NCBI RefSeq assembly: GCF_020745735.1
Contig: NC_083409.1
Location: forward strand, 22,650,048 to 22,714,047
Direction of reading: 5' to 3'
DNA from: Hemiscyllium ocellatum
Taxonomy: Eukaryota
Length of the DNA stretch: 64,000 bases
The translations under genes were made by a program, and so were the position numbers. A model generated the notes under the pieces. It saw nothing but the letters and a program-made list of their open reading frames with translations. It was not told the origin of the DNA and ran no database searches. Positions 1-12,400 of this stretch are shown here, piece by piece; position 1 is the stretch's first letter; every line of letters starts with the position of its first letter.

Positions 1-3000
1 CATTCTCCTTGTCGTAGTGTCATTTATCTGTGCCGCAGCGTCATTCTTCATGTTGCGGTGTCATTCCCCGTGTCGCAGTATCATTCTGCGTGTTGTAGTG
101 TCATTCTCCGTGTTGCAGTGTCATTCGGCGTGTCGCAGCGTCCTTCCCCGTGTCACAGTATCATTCTCCATGTCGTAGTGTCATTCTCCGTGTCGTAGTG
201 TCATTCCCCGTGTCGTAGTGTCATTCTCCGTGTTGCAGTGTCATTTTTCTGTGTCGCAGTGTCATTCTCCGTGGCGTAGTTTCACTCCCCGTGTCGCAGC
301 ATCGTTCCCTTTGTCGCAGTCTCATTCCCCGTGTCGCAGCGTCACTCCCCGTGTCACAGTGTCGTTCCCTGTGTCGCTGTGTCATTCTTCCTGTCGCTAT
401 GTCATTCTCCGTGTCGCAGTGTCACTCCCCGTGTCGCAGTGTCACTCCCCGAGTCGCAGTGTCACTCCCCGTGTCGCAGTGTCATTCCCCGTGTCGCAGT
501 GGCATTCCCCGTGTCTCAGCGTCGTTCCCTGTGTCGCAGTGTCATTGTCCGTGCCACAGTGTCGTTCCCCGTGTCGCAGTGTCATTCCCCATGTCGCAGT
601 GTCGTGCCCTGTGTCGCAGTGTCATTCTCCATGTCGCAGTGTCATTCTCAGTGTCACTGTCGTTCCCCGTGTTGCAGTATCATTCTCCGTGTCGTAGTGT
701 CATTCTCCATGTCGTAGTGTCATTCCCGTGTTGCAGTATCATTCTCCGTGTCGTAGTGTCATTCTCTGTGTCGCAGTGTCATTTTTCCGTGTCGCAGTGT
801 CATTCTCCGTGTCGCGGTGTCATTCCCCGTGTCGCAGTATCATTCTCCGTGTCGTAGTGTCATTCTCCGTGTCGCAGTGTCATTTTCCCATGTCGCAGTG
901 TCGTTCCCCGTGTCGCAGTGTCGTTCCCCGTGTCGCAGTGTCATTCTCAGTGTCGCAGCGTCACTCCCCGTGTCGCAGTGTCACTCCCTGTGTCGCAGTG
1001 TCATTCCCCGTGTTGCATGTCATTCCCCGTGTCGCAGTGTCATTCTTCATATCGCAGTGTCGTTCCCCGTGTCGCAGCGTCATTCTCCGTGTCGCAGTGT
1101 CATTCTCAGTGTCGCAGCGTCACTCCCCGTGTCGCAGCGTCACTCCCCGTGTCGCAGTGTCATTCCCCGTGTCGCAGTGTCATTCCCGTGTCGCAGTGTC
1201 ATTCCCCGTGCCGCAGTGTCGTTCCCCCTGTCGCAGTGTCATTCCCCGTGTCGCAGTGTCATTCCCCGTGCCGCAGTGTCATTCCTCCTGTCGCAGCGTC
1301 ATTCCCCGTGTCACAGTGTCATTCCTCGCATCGCGGTGTCATTCCCCGTGTCGTAGTGTCATTCTCCTGTGTTGCCATGTCATTCTCTATGTCGTAGTGT
1401 CCGTCTCCATATTGCAGTTTCATTCTGCCTGTCTGTGTCCTGCTGCCTATCACAGTGTCATTCCCCGAGTCGTAGTGTCATTCCCCGTGTCGCAGTGTCG
1501 TTCCCCGTGTCACAGTGTCATTCCCGTGTCAGTGTCATTCCCTGTGCCGCAGTGTCATTCTCTGTGTCGCAGTGTCATTCTCTGTGTCACTGTGTCATTC
1601 CCCGTGTCGCAGTGTCATTCCCCCTGTCGCAGTGTCATTCCCCGAGTCGTAGTGTCATTCTCCGTGTCACAGTGTCATTCCCCGTGTCGTAGTGTGACTC
1701 TCCATGTCACCGCGTCATTCTTCATGTCGCAGTGTCATTCCCCGTGTTGCAGTGTCATTCCCCGTGTTGTAGTGTCATTCTCCGTGTCGCAGTGTCATTC
1801 TCCGTGTCGCAGTGTCATTTCCCATGTCGCAGTGTCATTCCCCATGTCGCAGTGTCATTCCCCGTGTCGCAGTGTCATCCCCCTGTCGCAGTGTCATTCC
1901 CCGAGTCGTAGTGTCATTCTCCGTGTCACAGTGTCATTCCCCGTGTCGTAGTGTGACTCTCCATGTCACCGCGTCATTCTTCATGTCGCAGTGTCATTCC
2001 CCGTGTTGCAGTGTCATTCTCCGTGTTGTAGTGTCATTCTCCGTGTCGCAGTGTCATTCTCCGTGTCGCAGTGTCATTTCCCATGTCGCAGTGTCATTCC
2101 CCGTGTCGCAGTGTCATTCTCCGTGCCGCACCGTCATTCTTCATGTCACAGTGTCATTCCCCGTGTCGCAATGTCATTCTCCATGTTGCACTGTCATTCC
2201 CCGTGTCGCAGTGTCATTCCACATGTCGCAATGTCATTCCCCGTGTCGCAGTTTCATTCCCCGTGTCTCAGTGTCATTCCCCGTGTGGCAGTGTCATTCC
2301 CCGTGTCGCTGTGTCATTCTCCGTGTCACAGCGTCATTCCGCGTGTCGCAGCGTTATTCTTCATGTCGCAGTGTCGTTCCCCGTGTTGCAGTATCATTTT
2401 TCCGTGTCGCAGTGTCATTCTCCATGTCGCAGTGTCATACCCTGTATCGCAGTATCATTCTCCGTGTCGTAGTGTCATTCCCCGTGTCGCAGTGTCATTC
2501 CCCGTGTCGTAGTGTCATTCCCCGTGTCGTAGTGTCATTCTCCGTGTCGTAGTGTCATTCCCCGTGTCACAGTGTCATTTTTCCGTGTCGCAGTGTCATT
2601 CCCCGTGTCACAGTGTCATTTTTCCCATTCGTAGTGTCATTCTCCGTGTCACACTGTCATTCCCCGTGTCATAGTGTCATTCTCCATGTCGCAGTGTCAT
2701 TTTTCATGTTGCAGTGTCATTCCCCTGTCGCACTGTCATTCCCCGTGTCGCAGTGTCATTCTCCGTGTCGCAGTGTCATTCCCGGTGTTGCATGTCATTC
2801 CCCGTGTCGCAGTGTCATTCTTCATATCGCAGTGTCGTTCCCCGTGTCGCAGCGTCATTCCCCGTGTCGCAGTGTCATTCTCAGTGTCGCAGCGTCAGTC
2901 CCCGTGTCGCAGCGTCACTCCCCGTGTCGCAGTGTCATTCTCCGTGTCGCAGTGTCATTCCCCGTATCGCAGTGTCGTTCCCCGTGTCGCAGTATCATTC

Positions 3001-6000
3001 CCGTGTCGTAGTGTCATTCCCCGTGTCGTAGTGTCATTCTCCGTGTCGTAGTGTCATTCCCCGTGTCACAGTGTCATTTTTCGTGTCGCAGTGTCATTCC
3101 CGTGTCACAGTGTCATTTTTCCCATTCGTAGTGTCATTCTCCGTGTCACACTGTCATTCCCCGTGTCATAGTGTCATTCTCCATGTCGCAGTGTCATTTT
3201 TCATGTTGCAGTGTCATTCCCCTGTCGCACTGTCATTCCCCGTGTCGCAGTGTCATTCTCCGTGTCGCAGTGTCATTCCCGGTGTTGCATGTCATTCCCC
3301 GTGTCGCAGTGTCATTCTTCATATCGCAGTGTCGTTCCCCGTGTCGCAGCGTCATTCCCCGTGTCGCAGTGTCATTCTCAGTGTCGCAGCGTCACTCCCC
3401 GTGTCGCAGCGTCACTCCCCGTGTCGCAGTGTCATTCTCGTGTCGCAGTGTCATTCCCCGTATCGCAGTGTCGTTCCCCGTGTCGCAGCATCATTCTCCG
3501 TGTCGCAGCGTCATTCCCCGTATCGCAGTGTCACTCCCCGTGTCGCAGTGTCATTCTCCGTGTCGCAGTGTCATTCCCCGTATCGCAGTGTCGTTCCCCG
3601 TGTCGCAGTATCATTCCCGTGTCGCAGTGTCCTTCCCCGTGTCGCAGTGTCATTCTCCTTGTCGTAGTGTCATTTATCTGTGCCGCAGCGTCATTCTTCA
3701 TGTTGCGGTGTCATTCCCCGTGTCGCAGTATCATTCTGCGTGTTGTAGTGTCATTCTCCGTGTTGCAGTGTCATTCGGCGTGTCGCAGCGTCCTTCCCCG
3801 TGTCACAGTATCATTCTCCATGTCGTAGTGTCATTCTCCGTGTCGTAGTGTCATTCCCCGTGTCGTAGTGTCATTCTCCGTGTTGCAGTGTCATTTTTCT
3901 GTGTCGCAGTGTCATTCTCCGTGGCGTAGTTTCACTCCCCGTGTCGCAGCATCGTTCCCTTTGTCGCAGTCTCATTCCCCGTGTCGCAGCGTCACTCCCC
4001 GTGTCACAGTGTCGTTCCCTGTGTCGCTGTGTCATTCTTCCTGTCGCTATGTCATTCTCCGTGTCGCTGTGTCACTCCCCGTGTCGCAGTGTCACTCCCC
4101 GTGTCGCAGTGTCATTCCCCGTGTCGCAGTGGCATTCTCCGTGCAGCGGTGTCATTCCCTGTGTCGTAGTGTCATTTCCTGTGTTGCCATGTCATTCTCT
4201 ATGTCGTAGTGTCAGTCTACATATCGCAGTTTCATTCCCCGTGTCGCAGTATCATTCTCCGTGTCGCAGTGTCATTTCCCATGTCGCAGTATCATTCTCC
4301 ATGTCGCAGCATCATTCTTCATGTCGCAGTGTCATTCCCCGTGTCGCAGTGTCATTCTACGTGTCGCAGCGTCATTCCCCGTGTCACAACGTCATTCCCC
4401 GTGCCGCAGTGTCATTTCCCGTGCCGCAGTGTCACTCTCCGTGTCGCAGTGTCATTCTCCGTGTCGCAGTTTCATTCCCCGTGTCGCAGTGTCACTCCCT
4501 GTGTCGCAGTGTCATTTCCCGTGTCGCAGTGTCATTCCCGTGTCGCAGTGTCATTCTCCGTGCCGCAGCGTCATACTTCATGTCGCAGTGTCATTTCCCG
4601 TGTCACAGTGTCATTCTCCGTGTCGCACTGTCATTCCCCGTATCGCAGTGTCATTCCACATGTCGCAATGTCATTCCCCGTGTAGCAGTTTCATTCCCCG
4701 TTTCGCAGTGTCATTCCCCGTGTGGCAGTGTCATTCCCCGTGTGGCAGTGTCATTCCCCATGTCGCAGCGTCATTCTTCATGTCGCAGTGTCATTCCCCG
4801 TGTCGCAGTGTCATTCCCCGTGTCGCTGTGTCATTCTCCGTGTCGCAGTGTCGTTCCCCGTGCCGCAGTGTCGTTCCCCGTGTCGCATTGTCATTCCCTG
4901 TCGCAGTGTCATTCCCGTGTCGCAGTGTCATTCCCCGTGTCGCAGCGTCATTCCCTGTGTCGCAGTGTCATTCTCAGTGTCGCAGCGTCACTCCCCGTGT
5001 CGCAGTGTCACTCCCTGTGTCGCAGTGTCATTCCCCGTGTTGCATGTCTTTCCCCGTGTCGCAGTGTCATTCTTCATATCGCAGTGTCGTTCCCCGTGTC
5101 GCAGTGTCATTCTCAGTGTCGCAGCGTCACTCCCCGTGTCGCAGCGTCACTCCCCGTGTCGCAGTATCATTCTCCGTGTCGCAGTGTCATTCCCCCGTGT
5201 CGCAGTGTCGTTCCCCGTGTCGCCGCATCATTCTCCGTGTCGTAGTGTCATTCTCCGTGTCGCAGTATCATTCCCGTGTCGCAGTGTCCTTCCCCGTGTC
5301 GCAGTGTCATTCTCCTTGTCGTAGTGTCATTTATCTGTGCCGCAGCGTCATTCTTCATGTTGCGGTGTCATTCCCCGTGTCGCAGTATCATTCTGCGTGT
5401 TGTAGTGTCATTCTCCGTGTTGCAGTGTCATTCGGCGTGTCGCAGCGTCCTTCCCCGTGTCACAGTATCATTCTCCATGTCGTAGTGTCATTCTCCGTGT
5501 CGTAGTGTCATTCCCCGTGTCGTAGTGTCATTCTCCGTGTTGCAGTGTCATTTTTCTGTGTCGCAGTGTCATTCTCCGTGGCGTAGTTTCACTCCCGTGT
5601 CGCAGCATCGTTCCCTTTGTCGCAGTCTCATTCCCCGTGTCGCAGCGTCACTCCCCGTGTCACAGTGTCGTTCCCTGTGTCGCTGTGTCATTCTTCCTGT
5701 CGCTATGTCATTCTCCGTGTCGCAGTGTCACTCCCCGTGTCGCAGTGTCACTCCCCGAGTCGCAGTGTCACTCCCCGAGTCGCAGTGTCATTCCCCGTGT
5801 CGCAGTGGCATTCCCCGTGTCTCAGCGTCGTTCCCTGTGTCGCAGTGTCATTGTCCGTGCCACAGTGTCGTTCCCCGTGTCGCAGTGTCATTCCCCATGT
5901 CGCAGTGTCGTGCCCTGTGTCGCAGTGTCATTCTCCATGTCGCAGTGTCATTCTCAGTGTCACTGTCGTTCCCCGTGTTGCAGTATCATTCTCCGTGTCG

Positions 6001-6871
6001 TAGTGTCATTCTCTGTGTCGCAGTGTCATTTTTTCCGTGTCGCAGTGTCATTCTCCGTGTCGCGGTGTCATTCCCCGTGTCGCAGTTTCATTCTCCGTGT
6101 CGTAGTGTCATTCTCCGTGTCGCAGTGTCATTTTCCCATGTCGCAGTGTCGTTCCCCGTGTCGCAGTGTCGTTCCCGTGTCGCAGTGTCATTCTCAGTGT
6201 CGCAGCGTCACTCCCCGTGTCGCAGTGTCACTCCCTGTGTCGCAGTGTCATTCCCCGTGTTGCATGTCATTCCCCGTGTCGCAGTGTCATTCTTCATATC
6301 GCAGTGTCGTTCCCCGTGTCGCAGCGTCATTCTCCGTGTCGCAGTGTCATTCTCAGTGTCGCAGCGTCACTCCCCGTGTCGCAGCGTCACTCCCCGTGTC
6401 GCAGTGTCATTCCCCGTGTCGCAGTGTCATTCCCCCGTGTCGCAGTGTCATCCCCGTGCCGCAGTGTCGTTCCCCCTGTCGCAGTGTCATTCCCCGTGTC
6501 GCAGTGTCATTCCCGTGCCGCAGTGTCATTCCTCCTGTCGCAGCGTCATTCCCCGTGTCACAGTGTCATTCCTCGCATCGCGGTGTCATTCCCCGTGTCG
6601 TAGTGTCATTCTCCTGTGTTGCCATGTCATTCTCTATGTCGTAGTGTCCGTCTCCATATTGCAGTTTCATTCTGCCTGTCTGTGTCCTGCTGCCTATCAC
6701 AGTGTCATTCCCCGAGTCGTAGTGTCATTCCCCGTGTCGCAGTGTCGTTCCCCGTGTCACAGTGTCATTCCCCGTGTCAGTGTCATTCCCTGTGCCGCAG
6801 TGTCATTCTCTGTGTCGCAGTGTCATTCTCTGTGTCACTGTGTCATTCCCCGTGTCGCAGTGTCATTCCCC
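1..6871. repeat. 20-bp tandem satellite, consensus GTGTCGCAGTGTCATTCCCC, with higher-order block duplications
   Basis: Unit repeats continuously from base 1 to the gap. Diagnostic variant blocks recur, e.g. CATTCTCCTTGTCGTAGTGTCATTTATCTG at 1, 3651 and 5308. Confidence 0.97.
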
Positions 6872-7071
6872 NNNNNNNNNNNNNNNNNNNNNNNNNNNNN
6901 NNNNNNNNNNNNNNNNNNNNNNNNNNNNNNNNNNNNNNNNNNNNNNNNNNNNNNNNNNNNNNNNNNNNNNNNNNNNNNNNNNNNNNNNNNNNNNNNNNNN
7001 NNNNNNNNNNNNNNNNNNNNNNNNNNNNNNNNNNNNNNNNNNNNNNNNNNNNNNNNNNNNNNNNNNNNNNN
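6872..7071. other. Assembly gap (200 N)
   Basis: Run of 200 N; linkage of the satellite to the Ig cluster is scaffold-level only. Confidence 0.99.
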
Positions 7072-7820
7072 GTTCCCTAAAGTACACTTCAAGGAGGCGG
7101 CGTCTCAGTCTCCCCAATATAGAGGAGACTGCATCGGGTGCAACGGATACAATAAATGATATTGGTGGATGTGCAGATAAAAAATTGATGGATGTGGAAG
7201 GCTCTTTTGGGGCCTTAGATGGAGGTGAGGGAGGAGGTGGGGGCGCAGTTTTGCAATTCCTGCGGGGCAGGGGAGGGTGTCAGGAAGGGAGGTGGGTTGT
7301 TGGGGGACGTGGACCTGACCAGTAGTCACGGATGGAATGGTCTTTGCGGAAAGCAGGAATGGGTGGGGAGGAAATATATCCATGGTGGTGGAGTCCGTTT
7401 GGAGTGCGGAAATGTCGTCGGATGATGTGGTTTATGCGAAGGTTGGTAGGGTGGAAGGTGAGCACCAGGGGATTCTGTCCTTGTTATGGTTGGAGGGGTG
7501 GGGTTTGAGAGCGGAGGGGTGGGATGTGGACGAGCTGCGTTGGAGCGCATCTTTGACCACGTGGGAAGAGAAATTGCAATCTCTAAATAAGGAGGCCATC
7601 TGGTGTGTTTTTTGGTGGAACTGGTCCTCCTGGGAGCAGATATGGCGGAGGCGGAGAAATGGGAATATGGGATGGCATTTTTGCAAGAGGTAGGTTGGGA
7701 TGAGGTGTAATCCTCGGGGTCAGTAGATTTGTATAAAATGTCAGTGTCAAGTCGGTCATCATTAATGGAGATGGAGTGGTCCAGGAAGGTGAGGGAGGTG
7801 TCAGAGATGGTCCAGGTGGT
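7072..7820 (-). mobile_element. Penelope-like retroelement fragment (RT C-terminal region toward endonuclease), decayed
   Basis: Minus-strand translation TFLDHSISINDDRLDTDILYKSTD...CKNAIPYSHF resembles the conserved PLE RT C-terminus (FLD..I......L.T..Y.K.TD...IPYSQF); frameshifted. Confidence 0.75.
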
Positions 7821-8578
7821 CATTAATGGAAATCTGTTTGGAATCTGTGAACCTCAAATGATTCCAGATCAAAGGATCATTTGAAAGTGATTGATGATTG
7901 GCTGTCAGTATCCTCTACAACGATGTGTCATTGATTGACAGGCCAATGAGCCAATTGTGACAATGCCATGCTGAAATGTAGCCAATCAGCTGAATGGAGT
8001 GGTCAATCTCCAAAGCGCACACAGAGACAGAGACTGAATCTTCTTCATCTTTATTCCCTTTCCAATTTGACATTGACAGAAAACAGACTGCAATTAACAG
8101 CCCAGACAGAGGAAGCTGCACAAATTCACAGCCACAATGGAGCTTGAGGAAAACACTTGTGGAGGTTTTCTCAATAGCACAGAATCCTGTCCCTTCAAAC
8201 AGTGACAAAACCTTAAATTGGAACTGGCGGCTGAGCAGGAAGGGATCTGGTTTACTGAAACAGAGACTTCTGAGGTTCACATTGTTTTGTACAGCTGACA
8301 GTCTTTAGCAACTTCAAGAGATTTTACTTGGCATCACAACTCAACTCTGTCCCAATCAAACATCCCAGAACAGGGACAGCATGGGGTTTGACACAGTGTA
8401 AAGTTCTATCTACAGTGTCCCAATGACCTGCCATAACCCCTGAACCTCAGAAGTGTCTCTGATTCGGTCCTGAGAAGGAAGAGAGTTGAAATTCAGTTCT
8501 GACAATGACCTTTGTCCTGCCAGCTCAGCCCTGTTCTATTTAAAGTTGTGTCTCCTCTATGGACTGTCTTGAAACACT

Positions 8579-8878
8579 CTACATGCATTCTGATCTCCTG
8601 ATGCTCTTGCTGAGGGAGAGGGGGGGTCACGTGTGTGAGGCCAGTCAGACCCAGAGAGGGTCAGCAGGCTGCTGACACTGTAGGTGCTGTCTGAAGCTCG
8701 CAGGTAGTTGCTGGTCTGAACCCCGTCCGAAATGACTGCACCGTCCTTCTTCCACTGCACCTCCAGTTCATCGGGATAGAAGTGATTGGCAAGCACTCCG
8801 GGTGGGGCAGTGCCCTTGGCATTGACCTGCTCCGGGGAGGAGGCAGCAGGGTCAGCTTGGGCTGAGAGTTCTCGCAGC
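8579..8878 (-). pseudogene. IGKC: Ig kappa-type light-chain constant exon of cluster A, pseudogene
   Basis: Acceptor TTGTCTTTCAG at 8879-8889. Segments ENSQPKLTLLPP / SPEQVNAKGTA / LANHFYPDELEVQWKKDGAVISDGVQTSNYLRASDSTYSVSSLLTLSGSDW / LTHVT / LSKSIRRSECM-TAG. Frameshift near 8840, first Cys lost (TAPPGVLAN where TATLVCLAN is expected), and a deletion near 8640 removing the second Cys strand. Confidence 0.93.
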
Positions 8879-9034
8879 CTGAAAGACAAGAGAAACAATT
8901 TAATCCCTGTTATTTGAAGGGATTTTAACTCTCTGAACATTCACTGGCAAAACAATCCATTTGAACATTTGTAGCCAATACCTAACAAAGCCCAGAAATA
9001 AACAGGTATTGTTCAAATTGCTTCTTGGATGTGA

Positions 9035-9345
9035 GTGTCACTGCTAGGATCAGCATTCATTGCCCATCCCTAATCACCCAGAGGGCAGTTTAGAGTCAAC
9101 CACATTGCTGTGGGTCTGGAGTCACATGGTAAGGATGGCAGGTTCCTTCCCTAAAGGACATCAGGGAATCAGATGGCTTTTTCCTGACAATCAACAATTG
9201 TTTCACTATCATCATTCGACACTTAATTGTAGATGTTTTATTGAATTCACATTCCACCATCTGCTGCAGCAGGATTCTAACTCTGCCCCCAGAACATTAA
9301 TCTGGATCTCTGGATGAACAGCTCAGCAATAGTACCATTAAATCA
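9035..9345 (-). mobile_element. tRNA-type SINE (SacSINE1-like), ortholog at about 63190-63510 (+)
   Basis: Shared sequence GGAGGTGATG...TAGGGATGGGCAATAAATGCTG in both arms; family name from recall only. Confidence 0.6.
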
Positions 9346-9469
9346 TCACCTCCTTTATCTTATTTTTAGTTGCAAGTGAAAGCAAGAAGTTTGTTTCTGA
9401 GCAGGGTGATTAGAAATAGAACAACTGAAAGACTCCCAGTTCAACCCAAAAAAGATTAGTTCCTTGAAA

Positions 9470-12400
9470 GTGGAGTTGCAGGTAGGTAGGGGGGTGACGA
9501 AGTCATTTGGCATGCTTTCCTTTATTGGGCAATGCATTGAGTATTGGAGTTGGGAGCTGATGCACCTGTATAGAACATTAGTTTGGCCCCTTTTGGAATA
9601 CTGTGTGGAATTCTGGCCTCCCTGCTGTAGGAAAAATGTTGGGAACCTTGAAATGATTCAGAAAATATTTCCAAGGATGTGCCAAGTTGGAGGGTTGGAG
9701 CGATCGGGAGAGGCTGAATAGGCTGAGGCTATTTTCCCTGGATGGCTGGAGGCTGAGGAGGTGACCATATCGAGGTTTCTAACATAATGAGGGACATTGA
9801 TCAAGTGAATAGAGAAGATATTTTGGTCAGAGTGAAGGAGTCCAGAACTAGGGGGCATAGGTGGAAAGTATCAGGAGAATGATTTAAACGGGAACTAAGG
9901 CATAATGTTTTACTGCAGAGAGTGGTACATTTTTGGAATGAGCTGCCAGAGGAAGTGGTGGAGGCTGGTATGATAACATTTAAAAGGCATTTGGGTGAGT
10001 ATATGAATAGGAAGGGTTTGGAAGGATATGGGCCAAATACTGACAAATGGGACTAGATTAATTTAGGTTATCTGGTCGGCATTGCCGAGTTACACAGAAG
10101 GATCTATTTCTGTGCTGTACATCTCTCTGACACTATGACTCTATGTCTCTGTGGTTGACATGGATGAGTCAGATCGAAGAGTCTGTTTCCATGCTGTACA
10201 TCTCCCTGACTCTAATTGTGTTTCAATCAAGCCCTCGGCACCTCAGGCTCTCCCAAAGACAGTTACACTTTGCTTGAAAACCAGTCACTGTTGCAATTTC
10301 AGGAAAGGGGCAGCCAATTTCTGCACAGCAAGATCCCACTGGAAGCAATGACATCAAAGAGCAATAATGATGTTGGCTCAATGAATAATATTGGCCTGAA
10401 CTCAACCCAAAGAGAAAGTAATTTGGTTCAGTTGAATGGAAACTGAGAAAATAGAAGATAAAGGAGAAGGTAGGATTGCTAGTTAGTGATGGGATTGATT
10501 GTTACAAGTACATTAAAGGAGGAGATGGAATTTTTGAACATCAAAGGAACCATAAAAATGCAGGGAAAATCAATAATAGATCAAACTTAAAGATTTTGTG
10601 TCTAAAGTGCACGAAGCATTCCGAGTCAGGGAGACAAAGTGATGCCCCAAATCGAGGTAAATTGAATTTCCAAATAATTTAAACTATTTAAAGTGGGGGA
10701 GGGCTCAGGAGAGGTTAGCAAAGCTTCTAGAAGATGTAATAGAACTGAGAGCATGGAAGGGATCAGGAATCAAATGCCAAGCACAGCAGATAAGAGGACA
10801 ATGATGAGAAGGAGGGCAGTCAATGTAGGACTGAGGGTGTTGTACTTAAATGCACAAGATATACACAATAAGCTTGTAGTACAGTCAGAAGGTGTAGAAT
10901 CTGTGTGGGGAGTGTTGAGGAACCCAAGAAATAAAGAATCTGATGCAAGTTCAGGTCTCCAAGCAGTAAACAGGGTGTGGGGAAGGAAATCAATCAGGAG
11001 ACAGAAAAGTCATAAAAAAAATGTCAGGGCAGACTTCAATGGAGAGGTGGATTGGGTAGCACGTCTCAACAAAAAGATTTCATGGAATGTCTATGAGATG
11101 GTTTTTGAAGCAGCTTGCGGTTTGGAACAGGCAGTTCTGGATTCAGTGATGTGTAATGAGGCAAACTTGGTCAGTGAGCTGAAGATGAAAGTGTCCCTCT
11201 GGATAAATGACCATAATACGATAGAATTCCCCCTGCAGTTTGAGAGGGAGAAGCTGCAATCAGATGGAACAGTATTTCAGTTGAGTAAAGGGAACGACAA
11301 AGACGTGAGGAAGGAGCTGGCCAGAGTTGATTGGAAGGGGAGCTGAGCAGGTAAGATGGTGTGGCAGCAAACAGCAGGGTTTCTGGGGGTAATTCAAGAA
11401 GCAGAGTAGGAATTTATCCCTAAAAAGAAGAAACACACTAAGGGAGGACAATGTAATCATGGCTGATGAGGGAGGTCAAGGACAGCATAAAAGCAAAAGA
11501 AAAAGCACACAATGTGGTGGAAATAGTGGGAGGCCAGAGGATTAGGAAGTCTTTAAAAACCTGTAGAGGATAACAAAAAAAAACATTCAGGGTACAGAAG
11601 GTGAAATGTGGGGGAAAGCGAGCCAGTAATATAAAAGAATATTGCAAGAATTTCATCAGATATATAAAAAGGAAGAGGGAGGCAGAAATAGACATTGGAA
11701 AAGGAATAATAGGAAATGAAGAAAAAGCAGAGGAATTGAATACATACATTACATCAGTCTGCACAATGGAAAACACCAGCAGTGTCCCAGTACTTCAAGA
11801 CTGTCAGGGGCAGAGGTGAGTGCAGTGGCCATTACTCAGGAGGAGGTACTGGGGAAGCTGAAATGTCTGAGTGTGGATAACTCACCCAGACTAGATGAAT
11901 TACACCAGTGTGTTCTGAAGGAGATCACCGAGGAGATTGTGGAGACATTTTTGATGATCTTTCAGGAATCAATGGAGTCAGGGAGTGGAGGTATTTTCTA
12001 AATGAGGAAAGCCTTTGGAAATCTAAAGCACAAACTTCATTCAGGATTTTCTTAAGGTTAACAGGCAGGTCCAGTTTGTGCTTGGGAAGGCAAATGAAAT
12101 GTTCGCATTCATTTCAATAGGGCCAGAATAGAAGAGCAGAGATGTACTGCTGAGGCTGTGTAAGGCTCTGGTCAGTCTGAATTTGGAATATTGTGAGCAG
12201 ATTTAGGATCCATATTCTTTGAAACGATGTGCTGGCATTGGAGGGGTTTACAAGAATGATCCTGGGGATGGAGGGCTTGTCATATGAGGCACGGTTAAGG
12301 ACTCTGTGTCTGTACTCAATGGAGTTTAGAAGGATGAGGAGGGATCTTATTGAAATTTGCAGAATACTGATAGACCTGGATAGGGTGGATGGGGAGAAGA

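Noticed and set aside
1-6871. Satellite as an Ig switch-like region
   Set aside because: It lacks AGCT motifs, lies 3' of a light-chain C exon, and its linkage crosses a gap.
218-7159. Many long Ser/Val/Cys/Pro-rich ORFs (up to 544 aa)
   Set aside because: Translations of a 20-bp satellite whose unit lacks plus-strand stops; they overlap in all frames and some run through Ns.
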